A DNA stretch of 64,000 nt. Origin: Cyanophora paradoxa CCMP329. Its lineage: Eukaryota > Plantae > Glaucophyta. The stretch is from positions 248,001-312,000 of the forward strand of contig QPMI01000439.1 in assembly GCA_004431415.1 (NCBI GenBank), written 5' to 3'. A program made the position numbers and the translations under genes. The first letter of the stretch is position 1. Each line of letters begins with the position of its first letter. The notes under the pieces are model-generated. The model was not told the DNA's origin, did no database searches, and saw nothing but the letters and a program-made list of their open reading frames with translations. This document shows, piece by piece, positions 1 through 12,400 of the stretch.

Positions 1-626
1 AGCTTACGTATACTAAGTTAAAGCCAGCTGCAGCTGTTTAGCCTTGAAGAATGCGAATTCACGAAAATTGAATCATGCAATCGATACCACGCAAACCAAA
101 GTTGATCAGGAGAGCTCACCCTGTGATCATGGATTAAAGTTGAGCTCGGCGCCGACTCGGCGGTCACTGGGGTGGCCCAGCGCCGCCGGCCCGGCGCCGC
201 CGGGCCGGCACGGCGTCGGCGGTCACAATTGCAAGGTATGAGTCAGTGGGATTCAACGGCTTTTCGATTCAGGCGCTCGTCGACTAGCTATAGCTAGCAC
301 TGGAAGTCGAGTCAGTCATAATCAGCGCTCGCAGCTGCAGGCGCCTGGCAGATCTAGACGCTCGGCCGGCGCCGAGCTGTGAAGAGCCTGCCAGGCTGAT
401 CATGAGCTGTTCACGAGAGGAAAGCTCAGCGAGCTAGAGTTCAACGGATAGAGAATTCGAACTTTCGGAAGCCCGGCCCCCGGCCCCGGCGGCGGCGCCG
501 GCGCCGGGACGAATTTGAACTTGAATTTGAATTCCGGATCCCGGGTCCGAACTTCGGAAGTTCGAACTTTCAAGTTTCGTGCGGAGAGCAGAGCACGTGG
601 GGCCGCCGGGGCCGGGGGGGAGATCT

Positions 627-698
627 AGCGCGAGGGAGGATGCAGTACTAGCAGTAGCCGCGGTACGCGCGCGAGGGACGATGCAGTAGCCGCGGGAC
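627..698. repeat. short imperfect tandem duplication (~42 bp unit)
   Basis: gcgcgagggaggatgcagta...gtagccgcgg is followed by gcgcgagggacgatgcagtagccgcgg, just upstream of the first gene. Confidence 0.55.
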
Positions 699-745
699 TA
701 CGGTACCCCTCCCGGCGTGGCGACACTGGCGATCTAGTCGACGTC

Positions 746-3700
746 ATGGCGACTGGCGAGGCTATGGAGGTCGAAGCTGAAGCTCACGATGGTGCGAATT
801 CTACCGCGTCGAACCGCAGTCGCGCACGCGTACGCCTCGAGCTCGCATCGTCCGATTGACGAACCCGAGGCGCAGCCGCTGGGGGCAGAGACGCTGACGG
901 ATTCGCTTCGCTCATGAACCTTCCTGGTGCGCGGAACGAACGCGAGATCCGCCCGCTCGCGCTGAGAGCCTCGCACGACGCAGCGGATCTCCTGTTGTCG
1001 CTTATGGAGAAGGAGGCGGCCGTCAACGGCACGATGAGCGTGCTGCGGGGCCTGGCTTCGGCCCGTCGCCGCTTCCAGGAGCTTGCGTACGGGGAGTCGT
1101 CGACGCTCTTCACAGAGCCCGTCTTCGTCAGCGGCCGCCAAGGATCCCGCCTGGTGAGGCACGTTCGGCGCGTGCATGCGCTTCCACACGCTCATTCTTT
1201 GCTCAGGGCGCGCACCCGATTCTGAGCAGCGCATGGTCGGCCGGCGACACGATCCTGGACGTCGCGCGGCTGAGCTCGCGATTCGGCGAGCGCATCGAGC
1301 GGCTGCACCTCGGGAACGTCAGCTTCGACTTTGGGTTCGGCTTGGGCGCGGCGCGCAGCTCCTCCCCCTGGATCCTGGACCTCCGCGTCGCGGAGATGGC
1401 GGCAGCTTTCGGCCGCGACTCGATCCCCGCGCCGTCCGAGCTCGAGGCCATGCAGACGCGCGTCTCGCGCTGCCTTCTGGAGGTCCTCCGCGCCTGCCCG
1501 AACCTGACGCACCTCTCCCTCGCCGGGGCCGACCCCAAGGGCGCATTCCGGTCCCTCGCCGCCCTTTCGGACCTGCCCGCCAGCTTCTACCTGCACCACC
1601 TCCGCCACCTCGACCTCTCGGGCCTGACTGTACCCCTTCCGGCCCTCCACCGCCTCCTGCGCGCCTGCTCAATCTCGCTCGAGCGCCTCTTCCTCAGGTG
1701 AGCGCGCGCCCCGCTGGTTGCCGCTTCGCCCTCACGTCCGAGAACAGGGGTACGCGTGTGGTACCGGATAGTCAATGGTCCGAGCTTTCCAGTGGAAGCA
1801 GCAAAGCTCTTATCGAGGCCCTTCCAGATGGAACGTGAGCGCTCCCCCCCCCCCCCCCTTTCCTCCTCCTTCTCCACCCCCCCCTTCTTCCTCCTTCCCC
1901 CCCCCCCCCCAAGGCCCACCGGCACTGCTTTTAAACAGGGTTACCGCCTACCCTTCCCTTCCCTCCCTTTCCCCCCCTTCCCCCCCCCTTCCCCCCTTCC
2001 CCCCCCACCTTCCCTCTCTCCCCCTCGTCTCCTCTTTTAGTCTCGCTGGCGCAGTTTGTATTTCCTGCAGAGTCTCGACCTCTCGTCCACGGGCGTGAGC
2101 GCCGTCGAGCTGCAGCCGCTCCTCTCCCGCTTCCCTGAGCTCAAGGACCTCTACGTCGTGCGCCCCAGCCCCGCCCCGGCCTGCCGGCCCCGCCCCCGAT
2201 ATTGATTATGATGTGTCGGCAGTTGGGCATGGTCCAGAACGGAGTCCTCGCCGACGAAGCACTTCTTGAGAATCAACCGGGTTGCCGCCTCATCCGAACC
2301 AGCCTCGTGCGCATAGCACACCGCTCTGTAATCGTGGAAGCGCTCGCCGAATCCAGGCGCGTAACAGATCGACATGGACACCGCGTCGCTGCGGGAGCTG
2401 CGCGCGCACTTCGACGGGACGGCGTACCCCCGCCCCGAGGAGGCCCGCGTCGATGTACCCCGCTTCGCCACCGCTTTCCTTTTCAAAGGTACCTCCGATT
2501 CAAAATTTTCGAACTCGTCAGCCGATCCGCTGGGCCGGGCCGCAGCCCTTTGCGATGGTTCGGTCGCCCGCGCCGACGAGCTGGTGAGCGGCCTGGGAAT
2601 CTCGCCTCTCGATCCCCTCGACGAAGCCGGCCCTTGGGCAAGCGCCCCCGCCCCGTCCGCGCCCCCCCCCGGCCCCCCATCGATAGCTCACCGCCCTCCT
2701 TTCAGGTACCCGCCTACTTCCGGGACGCTGCGGCGACCTTGCCCGAGTGGCTGCGCGAGGGCGGTTCGACGGCCCTCCATTACCTCCTCGCCGGCAACAG
2801 CGACGCGGACGACGTGGAAAGGGCAAGCCGCGGCCGCGCCACGCCGAGCCGCCGCCAGCCCTTACCGACGCTGCCCGCAGCTAATCTCAGAGTGGAAGCT
2901 CGAGCCGCTGGTGAACCTCGCGCAGCGCTCGGGCCGCCGCCGGACGCCGCTCCACATCGCCGTCGAGAGAACGAAGCCTTCGACGCCCGCGATCATCAAC
3001 ATCCTGCTGAAGCTCGGCGCCGACCCGCTCCGGCCGGTACGCCCTGACGGCATGCTCGCCTGACGGCTGCTGCTCACGTGGGCGGCGTGCGCAGGATGCG
3101 GCGGGCGCCACCGCGCTGCACATCGCTTTTCGTCTGGCCGACGTGCATTTGGCGACGGAGCTGCTGCGGGAAGTGGCGCGCGCGAAGCTCGACCTGCTCT
3201 CGGCGAACGGCGGCGCGGCCCGCGACCTGCTCCAGACGCTGCTCGGCGATCCGAGGCTGGGGCCAGCGTCGGCGGGGACCTACTCGCGCTCGCGCATCGC
3301 CTTGCACGCCGTCGGCACGCCCGCCCGCGCCCTCCCGCCCTCCATCTGGAGCCTCGGTCCCCTCCAGCGCTGATCGCCGCCGCCGCCGCCGCCGCCGCAG
3401 AGATCTTGGGGCTCGAGGGGCCGGATCTGCAGGCGCTGGGGGTACGGCGGGCATTCTTTGAGGAGACGCGGTGGGGCAAGAAGGGGAACGAGATTCTCCT
3501 CCACTTTGCTGCCCGCGAGAACCTCCCCAGTGCCGTTCGGGCCCTCCTCAACGCCGGCGCCGATGCAGAGCTGAAGGCCCGCCCGCGCGCCCTGCCCCCC
3601 GCTCCCTTCCCCTTTCTCCTCCTTCCACTTAAATAACCGTCGACGTCGCTGCAGGAACCGCAAGAACCAGGTCGCGATCGGGAGGGCAGGAGCTTTCTGG

Positions 3701-3948
3701 GCAGGCCCAGGGGCTCTCCCGCTACGGGTGCGACGGTGCTCGAGATCGCCCTGGGCATGCAATCGCGCGGCGCGGCGCTCGTGAAGGCGATCATCGCCTC
3801 GGCCGAGAGCAGGGCCGTCCGCGCCTTCGCGGAGGCGAACCGCGTACCCCTCGACCGGGGCGAGGAGGCCGCCGCCCGCCCAGAGAAGCGCGCCCGCACC
3901 TCCGACGCCTCCGCCTCCACCTCCGCCGCCGCCGCCGACGACGGCTGA
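746..3948 (+). CDS. multi-exon F-box-like / leucine-rich repeat / ankyrin-repeat protein
   Basis: Spliced F-box-like SLMNLP|ADLLLSLMEKE (~908-1015). LRR segments ACPNLTHLSLAG, LHHLRHLDLSGL, FPELKDLYVV. Ankyrin motifs GGSTALHYLLA, RTPLHIAVE..IINILLKLGADP, LLHFAARENLPSAVRALLNAGAD. Short GT/GC-AG introns; stop TGA at 3946-3948. Confidence 0.7.
1844..2030. repeat. intronic poly-C / polypyrimidine low-complexity tract (G-quadruplex-prone on - strand)
   Basis: Multiple long C runs and CT-rich sequence. Similar G/C runs occur at 14460-14580, 57270-57298 and 59197-59219. Confidence 0.7.
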
Positions 3949-4215
3949 GCTCCGCTCCGGCTGGAGCCGAGGCCGCCATGGCCAGGCTCGATTCCTACAC
4001 AGTACAGCCTTTTAACGTCGCGATCGCACTTTATTTTATCGTAAATGTAATCAGATATCGATGTAGAGAATGTACAGTCGAACTGTTGTAAGTTAAGCTA
4101 TTCCTACCTGCTGCCTGCTGCGGGTGCCAGCGCATGGCGCTTAGCTACACGCCCGCCTAGAATGCATGTTTACATGGGGCGGATCACATTGCGAGGGCGA
4201 GGACTTGGCTCTGCT

Positions 4216-7200
4216 CTAGGGTGCCCGAGAGTGGCGGCGCCGGCGCCGCCCGCGGGCTCGGCGCCGCCGCCGCCGCGTGGCCCCGAGATCTAGAGGAGAG
4301 GGGACGGGGCGCCAGGAGGGGCGCCTTGGCGCCCGACGCGGGCGGCAGCTGCAGCGCCCCGCGGGGCGCCGCGGAGGGGCGGCGGAGCCTGGGCGCGGGG
4401 CCGAGGAGGCGGAGGCGGAGGCGGGGCGGGCGTCGGGGGCGGGCGACGTGCTCCGGGAGCGGACGCGGCGGGCCCGATCGCGGGCCGCGCGGCGCGTCAT
4501 CTGCTCGAGCGCTTCCATGGTGACGCGCCGCCCGAACACGGCGTCCATCGTGACGCCCGCCCCGCCGCCTGCCGCGAGACCGGCCGCGGCCCGGCGCCCC
4601 GGCCCGCGGGGCCGACGGCGGGCGCGGCCGCGGCGGCGGGGCCCCGGAGCCGCTGGGGGGTAGAAGCCGAAGGGGTCGGGGGTACGGCCCGCTCGGGCGC
4701 CTCGGGAGGGGGAAGAAGGAGGGGGGGACGAGAAGGCAGCCCCCGCCAGGCGCTCGGTCTGCTGCGGGGGCGGCAGGCGGAACGGGCTCGCGGGACGGCC
4801 GCGGCTCCGGCTCCACGCGGGGCGGACGGGGGCGGCGGCCGGGCCGTCGCCGACGCCGGCGCCGGCGCCGCGGCCTGCGCGCCGGTGCGCTGGAGGAGGG
4901 CGTAGGCGTCTCCAAGGAGGGACCGCACGCGGTCGGCCGCCTCCCTGAGCTCTCCGTCCTCCGTCTGAGCCGTCTGAGCGGTCTGAGCCTGCAGCTCCTG
5001 CTCCTGCTCCTGCTGCTCCGCCATCGCCGCCAGCGCCTTTGCAAGCTCGCTCAGCGCCGCCGCGGGCACGGGCGGCGGTGCCACCGGCGCCGCCACCGCC
5101 GGGGCTGCGGAGGCGGGGCGGGGCTTGGGGCCGGGCCGCCTCGCGGAGCGGGGGTACCAGCGCCGACGCCCCCACCGGCGGCGGCGGTGCGGGGCCGCGG
5201 GCGGCGCGGAAGGGGCGCGTAGGCCCCGGGCTGAGGGAGGCCAGGGGCGGGGCCGGGGGCGGCGTTGGCAGGCCCGGGCGCGGGGTGAACGGGGCCCAAC
5301 CCGAGGCGGCGGCGCCGGCCGAGCCGCTGGCGGGGCGGGGCGGGCGGGGCGAGGCCGGGGCGGGGACGACCTCAGTCCGTAGTTCGCCCTCTGGCGCTCC
5401 AGCAGTACACCGTCCAGGTCGCTGGCGGGCGGGGGCGCTGCGCCCCGCCCGGGCTTCCGGTTCGGCTCCCGGCGCGGGAGTTTCCACGGGACCCGCCGCC
5501 GCCGCCGCGGGGCGTCTCCGGCCCGGCCGCGCCCGCCGCGCCCGCCGGAGCGCTCTGCGGGCGCGGCCCGCGCGCCTCCGCCGGCGCCTCCGCCCGCGGC
5601 GTTCCGCTCCCGTTCCCACTCCGCAGCGACGGCGGCGGGTGCGCCGCGCCGTGCCCCGCGGGTCGTCCGCGGCCTGTCGCCTGCGAGCCCGCCGCCGCCG
5701 CCGCCTCCGCCGCCTCCGCGGCCTCCTCGTCCTCCTCGGTCTTGCGGGGCGCGAGAACGTCCCCGGCGCTGTAGACGAGGGGCCCGCGGGCCCAGTCCGG
5801 CGGCGACTCGTCCTCCTCGCCCCCGGCCCCGGGCCCGGCCCTGCGCCCCGCCGTCTTCCTCCGCCTCCTCCGCTTCCGCTTCGCCTCTGCCGCCGCCGCC
5901 GAGTCCGCCGCCTCCGCCGCGGCGCGGCGGAGACCGGGGGCGCGGAGGCGGCGCGGGCGGCCCGCGCCGGCCGCTCATCGAGCCGCGCCACGACCTGCGG
6001 AGCCATCTGCCTCGTAAGGCCCGTGTCCTTCAGCGTGACGCGGCCCGTCTCGTCTCCGGCGGCTTGCGCGGCGGCGGCAGCCGCTCCGGCTCGCCGCGGC
6101 GGCGGGGCCGCGCCGGCCGCGCGTAGAGGGGCGAGAAGACGGCGAGGAGCTGGTCCCGCGCGGGCGCGGGCAGCGCGGCGGCCGCCGCCGCCGCGTCGGA
6201 GTGCCCCGCCCCGCGGTGCCGGCGCGCCTGGCCCCGTATCCTGGCGACCCGAGCCATGCGCATGACCGCCAGACGGTCCACCGCCGCGTCCCGCCACGTC
6301 CGCAGCGTCCGCAGGCGCCGCCGCGCCTGCCAGCGCCGCGCCGCCGCCTGGACCCGCGCCGCGAGCTCGTCCGCCGTGGGCGGGGGCGGCGTGGGAGGCG
6401 GCGGGGGCGCCTCGGGCGGTTCCGGCGCCGGCTGCTGCTCCTGCTCGTCCTCCGGGGGCGACGCCAGGTTCGAGCCGGCGCGGGACCGAAGGCTCCGGTC
6501 CCGCTTCATGCTCCTCGTCGGCCGCATGTACGAGGGCGCCTCGCGCCTGCCTCCGCCGCCGCCGCCGCCGCCGCCCTCTGAGACGACGCTGCCCGCGAAG
6601 CTGCGCGGCGCCGACGGTCCGGCAGGGGGCAGCGGGGCCGGGGCCTGTGCCGAGGCTGAGGCTGAGGGCCCCGCTTCGCTGGACGCCCCGGCGTGGGGGC
6701 TCCAGGGCGGCGAGCCGGCTCCGCGCGCCACATCCCGCTCGATCTGCCTCAGCTCCTTCGTCGCAGCCGCCAGCAGCCTGCGCCAGCGGCAAGCGAGTCA
6801 GTCAGTCAGGACGGCGTCGGCTGAGCAAAGAGGCGCCCGCTGCCCGGCCGGCCGCACCGCGCGCTTCGGATGGAGTCGTCGCCTTGACCCTCGCCCTCAT
6901 CCTCGTCGACGTCGTCGACGTCGCTGTACCCGTCCTCGGGCACCGGGTCGTTGCCGACGGGGGCCCGGGGCGGGGGCGGCTGGGCCGACGGGGGGGCCGC
7001 TGAAGAGGATGCAAGGGCGCCGGTGGACGCCGGGCGCAGGTCTCGTCGGGAAGAGGGGGCGGAGGCGGAGGCTGCGGCGGCGGCGGCGGCGGGCCCCCGG
7101 GGCGAGTTGGGGGCCGAGGCGCCGGAGGTGGGGGGGCGGCCCCGAGGGGGGGACAGGGAATTCTCGTGGCGGAGGGACGCCAGCTCCACGGGGAGGGGTA

Positions 7201-9356
7201 CGTTGTGGCCCTCCATGAGCTACGGAGGAGAGGAGAGGGGCGGGCGAGGTCAGCGACGAAGATCAGTACCCCAGAGATGCGAATGAAATGCGTACCCGCA
7301 TGTAAGAGTGGACGTCGGCGGGGCACAGGAGCCCGCACTGCATACAGATGCTCTGCCCGTGGCTCTGCGCGGCGAAAGGAAGAGCGCGCGAGCGCGAGCG
7401 GTCAGCCCTGTCCAGAAGTGCGACAGAGAAGCGAGGCAAAGCTTCGCATTTGCTCGCCTGGTCGGCGCAGCGGAGGGCGGGGCAGTAGATGAGCCACGGC
7501 CGCTCGTACGTGTCTAGCGCCACATAGAGGACCATGTACCGGACCTGAAAAATGAAAAGAATCAGTTAGTTAGAGATTGCGTTCTAGATCGATTAGAATC
7601 AGTTGGCGGACCCTCAGGTTGGGGCGCTCGTGCTCGATCGCCTTGACGACCTTGGTCGCCATGGCCTTGAACTTCCGCTCCGTGCGGGGCCCCACGAGCG
7701 ACTGGACTGCAAGCAGAGGGGCGGTCTATCAGAGCGAACGAAGCGCGGGGAGGTACGGCATGGGTACCGGAGACGGGGAGGCAGTCGGGCCCCAGCTGGG
7801 TGATCCCCCGGTTGTAGCGGGACTGCGCCCCGAGCAGCCCCCGGTCCGGTCAGCAGGGCCGGAGGGCGCCGGGGCGGCGCCGGCAGGGAGGGGCGGCTAG
7901 ACGGCTAGGGGCAGCCTGCTTGGAAGCTCGACTAGGAGCCCGGCTAGGAGCTAGATGGATAGATAGACAGGGTGTGCGTCTAGAGGAGAGGGGGGGCCTC
8001 GCTTCGCTGGCTTGCCTGCTTGGAGTCGTCGATGGGGTTCTTGTTGGTGCGCGCGTCGACCATGAAGTGGTGCGGCGCCCACGAGATACGCACCGTCCTG
8101 CCGGGCCGGGGGCGTGAGCGGGCGGCCCGGCCGCCAGAGGGCGCCCGGCGGGGCGGGGCGGGGCGGGGCGGGGCGGGTCGCATTCGCGTGCTCACACGGC
8201 GCGGTCGGCGTAGGGGTGGACGAACTTCTGGAGGATGCCGGAGCGGTGCTTGGCGCGGTGCAGGAAGCGCCGCAGCGCCGCCTCGTCAAAGTACTCCAGG
8301 TGCACCGCGTGCGGCCCTGAAGAAGATTAGATTAGGCAGATGGATTGGATTGGATAGAAAGACGTGCGGGAAGCAGGCAGACAGATTAGATAGATAGATA
8401 GATAGTCGGTGCCACTATCAGCCAGAGCAGCTAGAGCAGCTAGAGCTAGAGCGGGTCAGCCTGGCAGGGAGATAGGACCGGTGAGACTAGCTACGAGACA
8501 GGTCCGCTTGTAGGTCCGGCTGTATAGCTAGATCGACTGCTACAACGCCAAGAGCTAGAACAAGAGCCGCGGCTTGGCGGCGCGGCGCACCGCTCTGCTC
8601 CCGCTCGATCTCGAGGTAGAAGGCGCAGATTTCTGAGGGACCCGTTCGCTCCCCAAAGACCTGCGGCGGCGGCGGGTCGCTCGATCGCTCTATCCCGAGC
8701 GCGTGGGGCGGGCGTGCGGGCCGAGCAGCCTGGCGCAAGCGCCGGTGCCGTGGCGGGGCGGGACGGGGCGGGGGCGGGGAGGGCGCGCCTGCATGATCTT
8801 GTCTGTCGTGAAATCGCTGCGCTTGCGCGAGTGGATGACGCCCGTGCGCGCGTCCGACTCGTCGCTGTGGTACCAGTGCACCAGCGCCCCGCTCCTGTAG
8901 ACCAGCGTGTGGGGCAGCCGCAGGCCGCCCAGCGTCGCCAGGGCCCGCTCCTGCCGTCGGCGGCACGTCAGCGGGCGCGGGCGCGGGCAGGCGCGGGCGA
9001 GACGTCGACGAGCGGCCGCGGCTTCGTGCCAGCTTAGCTAAGGCCCCGGGTCGAGCGCAGCGGACCTCAGGGAGGTCCACAGCATTGGTCCGGATGTGCA
9101 GGATGTCGTACAGCTCCTCCTGCGAGCGGCGGTTGAGCCTCGGCGCCAAGCGACCCAGCCGGTCGAGAGGGGGGGGCGGGCGCAGCACTGTCCTATCTAG
9201 CTAGCAGCCTGCACCAATCCTAGCAGCGCAGAAGCAGAGACTCACGACGAAGCCCCGGTCGTCGTCGTCTTCGCAAACCGACTTCCAGGGCGGCACGGCT
9301 GTTCCCTTGTAGAGCTCCACGAGCGAGGGCGGACCCACCCGCTCCTCGCCCTTCAT
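4216..9356 (-). CDS. multi-exon uncharacterised protein: globular N-terminal region, IQ-like motif, long Pro/Ala-rich C-terminus (could be two genes)
   Basis: ATG at 9356 (MKGEERVGPP). Exons include LRLPHTLVYRSGALVHWYHSD, EYFDEAALRRFLHRAKHRSGILQKFVHP, VRISWAPHHFMVDAR, VRYMVLYVALDTYERPWLIYC. IQ-like AARVQAAARRWQARRRL near 6310-6365. The 3' end is uncertain. Confidence 0.5.
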
Positions 9357-9484
9357 GGTCCGGGGCCGCGCTGAATTGGCTTGACCCGGGGTACGCCTCG
9401 CCGATTGAAGGCTGCCTACCCCCCGCCCGCGACCTTGTGCCGCCGGCTTCCTGAGAGGCCGCAAGGCCAGGCGCGAGGGGCGAA
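9357..9484. promoter_or_regulatory. putative compact bidirectional promoter region
   Basis: Only 128 bp separate the divergent ATGs at 9356 (-) and 9485 (+). Confidence 0.35.
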
Positions 9485-12400
9485 ATGGCGGGTCCGGAGC
9501 GCTTCTACGTCGCTCGCCGCCATCGCTTCTTTGCGAATGTCTTCGTGGGGCTGCTCGTGTGGATCCTCTGGTCGTTTCCCCGTGCGTACCTGCCCCGAGC
9601 CCTCGAACTGCGCGCGTCGATGGCCCCGGGGACGAGGGAACTTTGAACCCGCGCTGCGTGGCTGGCTGCACGCCCCCGCAGACCCCTTGTTCCGCTAGCC
9701 TTGCATAAGAGCGAACATACGCCAGCGAAGTCCTCGCGGGCCTGTCCCAAACATGAAGCGCCACGCCGCCAGCTTACTTTCATGCGCAGTTGTCGGATTG
9801 CTGGTCAGCACGCCGCTGCTGCACAACTACCTGGAGAGCGCCGTCTCGCTCTACCTGCTCGGACTCTCGGCTATCATCCAGTTGAACCTTATCATGACGG
9901 TGCAGAGCGGACGGGGATTCAACTGAGCGTCCCCGCTCGCTTTCCGACGAAGCCCGCCCGCCCGCGCAGTGGGTGAACGTTGTGGCGTGCCTCACGACGC
10001 TCCTGAGGAAGCAGAACGAGCCCGAGGACGTCATTACGATGCCCGTCGGCCCGAAGGGAGAGCCGAAGCCGCTGCGCAGCGTCGCCTCCCGGATCCACCA
10101 CCTCGTCATCGTGCGCGTCTTTGATGAATTCGCGAGCAAGCGGAGGGGCGCGAGCGGAAGTGAGCGGGTGCGCGCGCGCAGATCTCGGCACACGGGGAGG
10201 ACGAGAGCCGCGTGGTCAGCACGCTGGAGTCCCTTCGGCACCAGGCGCGCCCGCGCCCGCGCCCGCGCCCTCCCGCGGCGCCCGCGCCGCGCCGGCTCGC
10301 TGAGCCCGCGCGCGGTTGCAGCGGGTGCTGGACGTTCGCGCCTGCATCCACGTCGCTGTGGTCCTCGGCCCGGGGCAGGTGCGCCGCCCGCCCGGCCGCG
10401 CCCGCGCGGGGCCGCGGGAGCCCGGTCGAGCCGCGCGGCTCGCAGGAGGTCGGCGAGCGCCGGCATTGGCTCTGCACAGAGTTCGGTCCCGTCTTCGCCG
10501 ACTTCGAGGTCCTTGGCGCCCCGCCCCTCGAACCCGACGAGGTGCCACCCCGCCGGCCCAGCCCCGCCCGCCGGCTTGAGCAGGCGCCGACGGGCGGGCG
10601 GGCGAACTCGCAGGTGTGCCCGCGGGCGGCGAGCGAGCGGGCGGCGCTGCGGTGGTTCGAGGCGCGCCGCCTCGCGCACGTCGGCTGGCGGCCCTCCGGC
10701 GGCTCGTCAGAGGAGGAAGAGGACGAGGAGGAGGGGGCGGGGGCCGAGTGGGCATCGGACGCGGATCCCGAGGAGGGCCCCTCGGTCGGGAGCCCCGGGG
10801 CAGTCCCCGGCCCTGGCCCCGCCGCGCTGCGGGCGCCCGAGCTGCTCGTTAGCGGCGCGGACGGGGCGGACCCGCCCACGCCCGGGGATACCTCTTTCTC
10901 GGACCCCGCCGCGGCCTTCGTGCCGCTGAGCCCCGCGGCCGCCGCGCCCGTGCGGTTCGTCGACGCGAGCGCATCGCGCCGGCGCCGGCGGCGGCGGCGC
11001 CCGGCGGAGCTGCGCGTACCCCTGCCGGTCCCTTCGGCGGGGGATAGTGGCATCCCCCGCCTGGGCCCCTCGGCCGCCTCTACCCCCGAGCTACTCTCCC
11101 TGGAGGGAATCGAACCCGAGCTCCCCGGGCTCGCCCGCGGCGGCGGCGGCGACGGCGGCGCCGGCGCGCTCTCGGCCAGCCTGCCCCGCCGCGCCTCGGC
11201 CGCCTCCTCCGACGGCGGCGACGCGCTGGGCGTACCCCTCGGCGACCGGGACGCCTCCCGCGAGCACCTCGTACCCTCCTCGTACGCCGTACCCCCATCC
11301 GCCCCCCCACGTGCCCTGAACTCACCCTGTACCCCTTCAGGGGCCTTCACAAGGCGGACGTGCTGGTCACCTGCTGCGGCTCGTTTGCCGTGTTCCAGGT
11401 CCGCGGGTCCCGCCCGCTCCCCGCCCCCCCCCCCCTCCCTTCCCCCGCCGACGCCGTACCCCCCGCAGGACGACTACTTCTGGACGGCGACGACGCGTGT
11501 GATGCGGGCCGCGGAGGGCGACCGGCCCCTCCGCCTCTGGCAGGCCGTGCGCCCCGCCCCGCCCCGCCGCGCCCCGCCCCGCCCCGCCCCGCGCGACAAA
11601 CCGACCTTTCGATCCTCGACCCACCCCCTCGCCGGGCCGCGCAGGCGGTGCTCTTCGACTACTGGGAGGGCTGGGTCTTCGAGCGCGTCATCTCCACCAT
11701 ACGCTGCTGGCTCCAGGCGAGACCCGAGAGCGAGAGAGAGAGAGAGCGAGAGAGATGCGAGCCCGCCCGCGGCTCGGGCCGCGACTGAGCCTCCTCCTCC
11801 CCCCCTCCAGATCGGGATGTTCGGGCCGATGCAGATCCAGCCCTCCCCCGTCTTCAGCGCCCTCTGGCCCCTCTTCGAGCGCACCGGCTTCCAGGCCCGC
11901 CCCGCCCCGCCCCCTCCGCCGCCCTCCGCCCCGCCCCCTCTGACTCGGCCGCAGGACGCGCGCTTCTCGTGCCCGGATGCGCACGCCTTCCTCGCGGGCT
12001 TCGTCGGCTCGGCCGCCCCCGTCCGCATCGAGGCGCGCCCTCTAAAGAATTATAACAGAGATCGCGAACATAAGATCTTAATAAAACTTCATCGCTAAGA
12101 TGTCGTTTTAAGAAGAGCTGGTATAGGATATCACCATGAGATAAAGGGTCTGACTCGGGCCCCTACCCCGCTCCGGACGGCGGCTGACCCGCCGGCCCCG
12201 CAGACGATGCCCACCTGCGTCGTCACGCGATTTGCCCCCTCCTCCTTCTCCCCCGCCTTCACCGCGCGTACCCCCTCCAGCCCCGGCCCCCTGGCCGCGC
12301 CTTTGCCGCTGACTGTACCCCCGCAGGAGGCGGCCGGATCGCTCTTCGGCCACTTCCGCCAGCTCGGCTGCCGTACCCAGCAGGCGCGGCCCCCTCCCTC

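Noticed and set aside
4184-7338. Very long Arg/Pro/Ala/Gly-rich ORFs on both strands (e.g. 858 aa, 493 aa, 408 aa)
   Set aside because: Expected from stop-codon scarcity at very high GC; they are off-frame or antisense shadows of a spliced gene.
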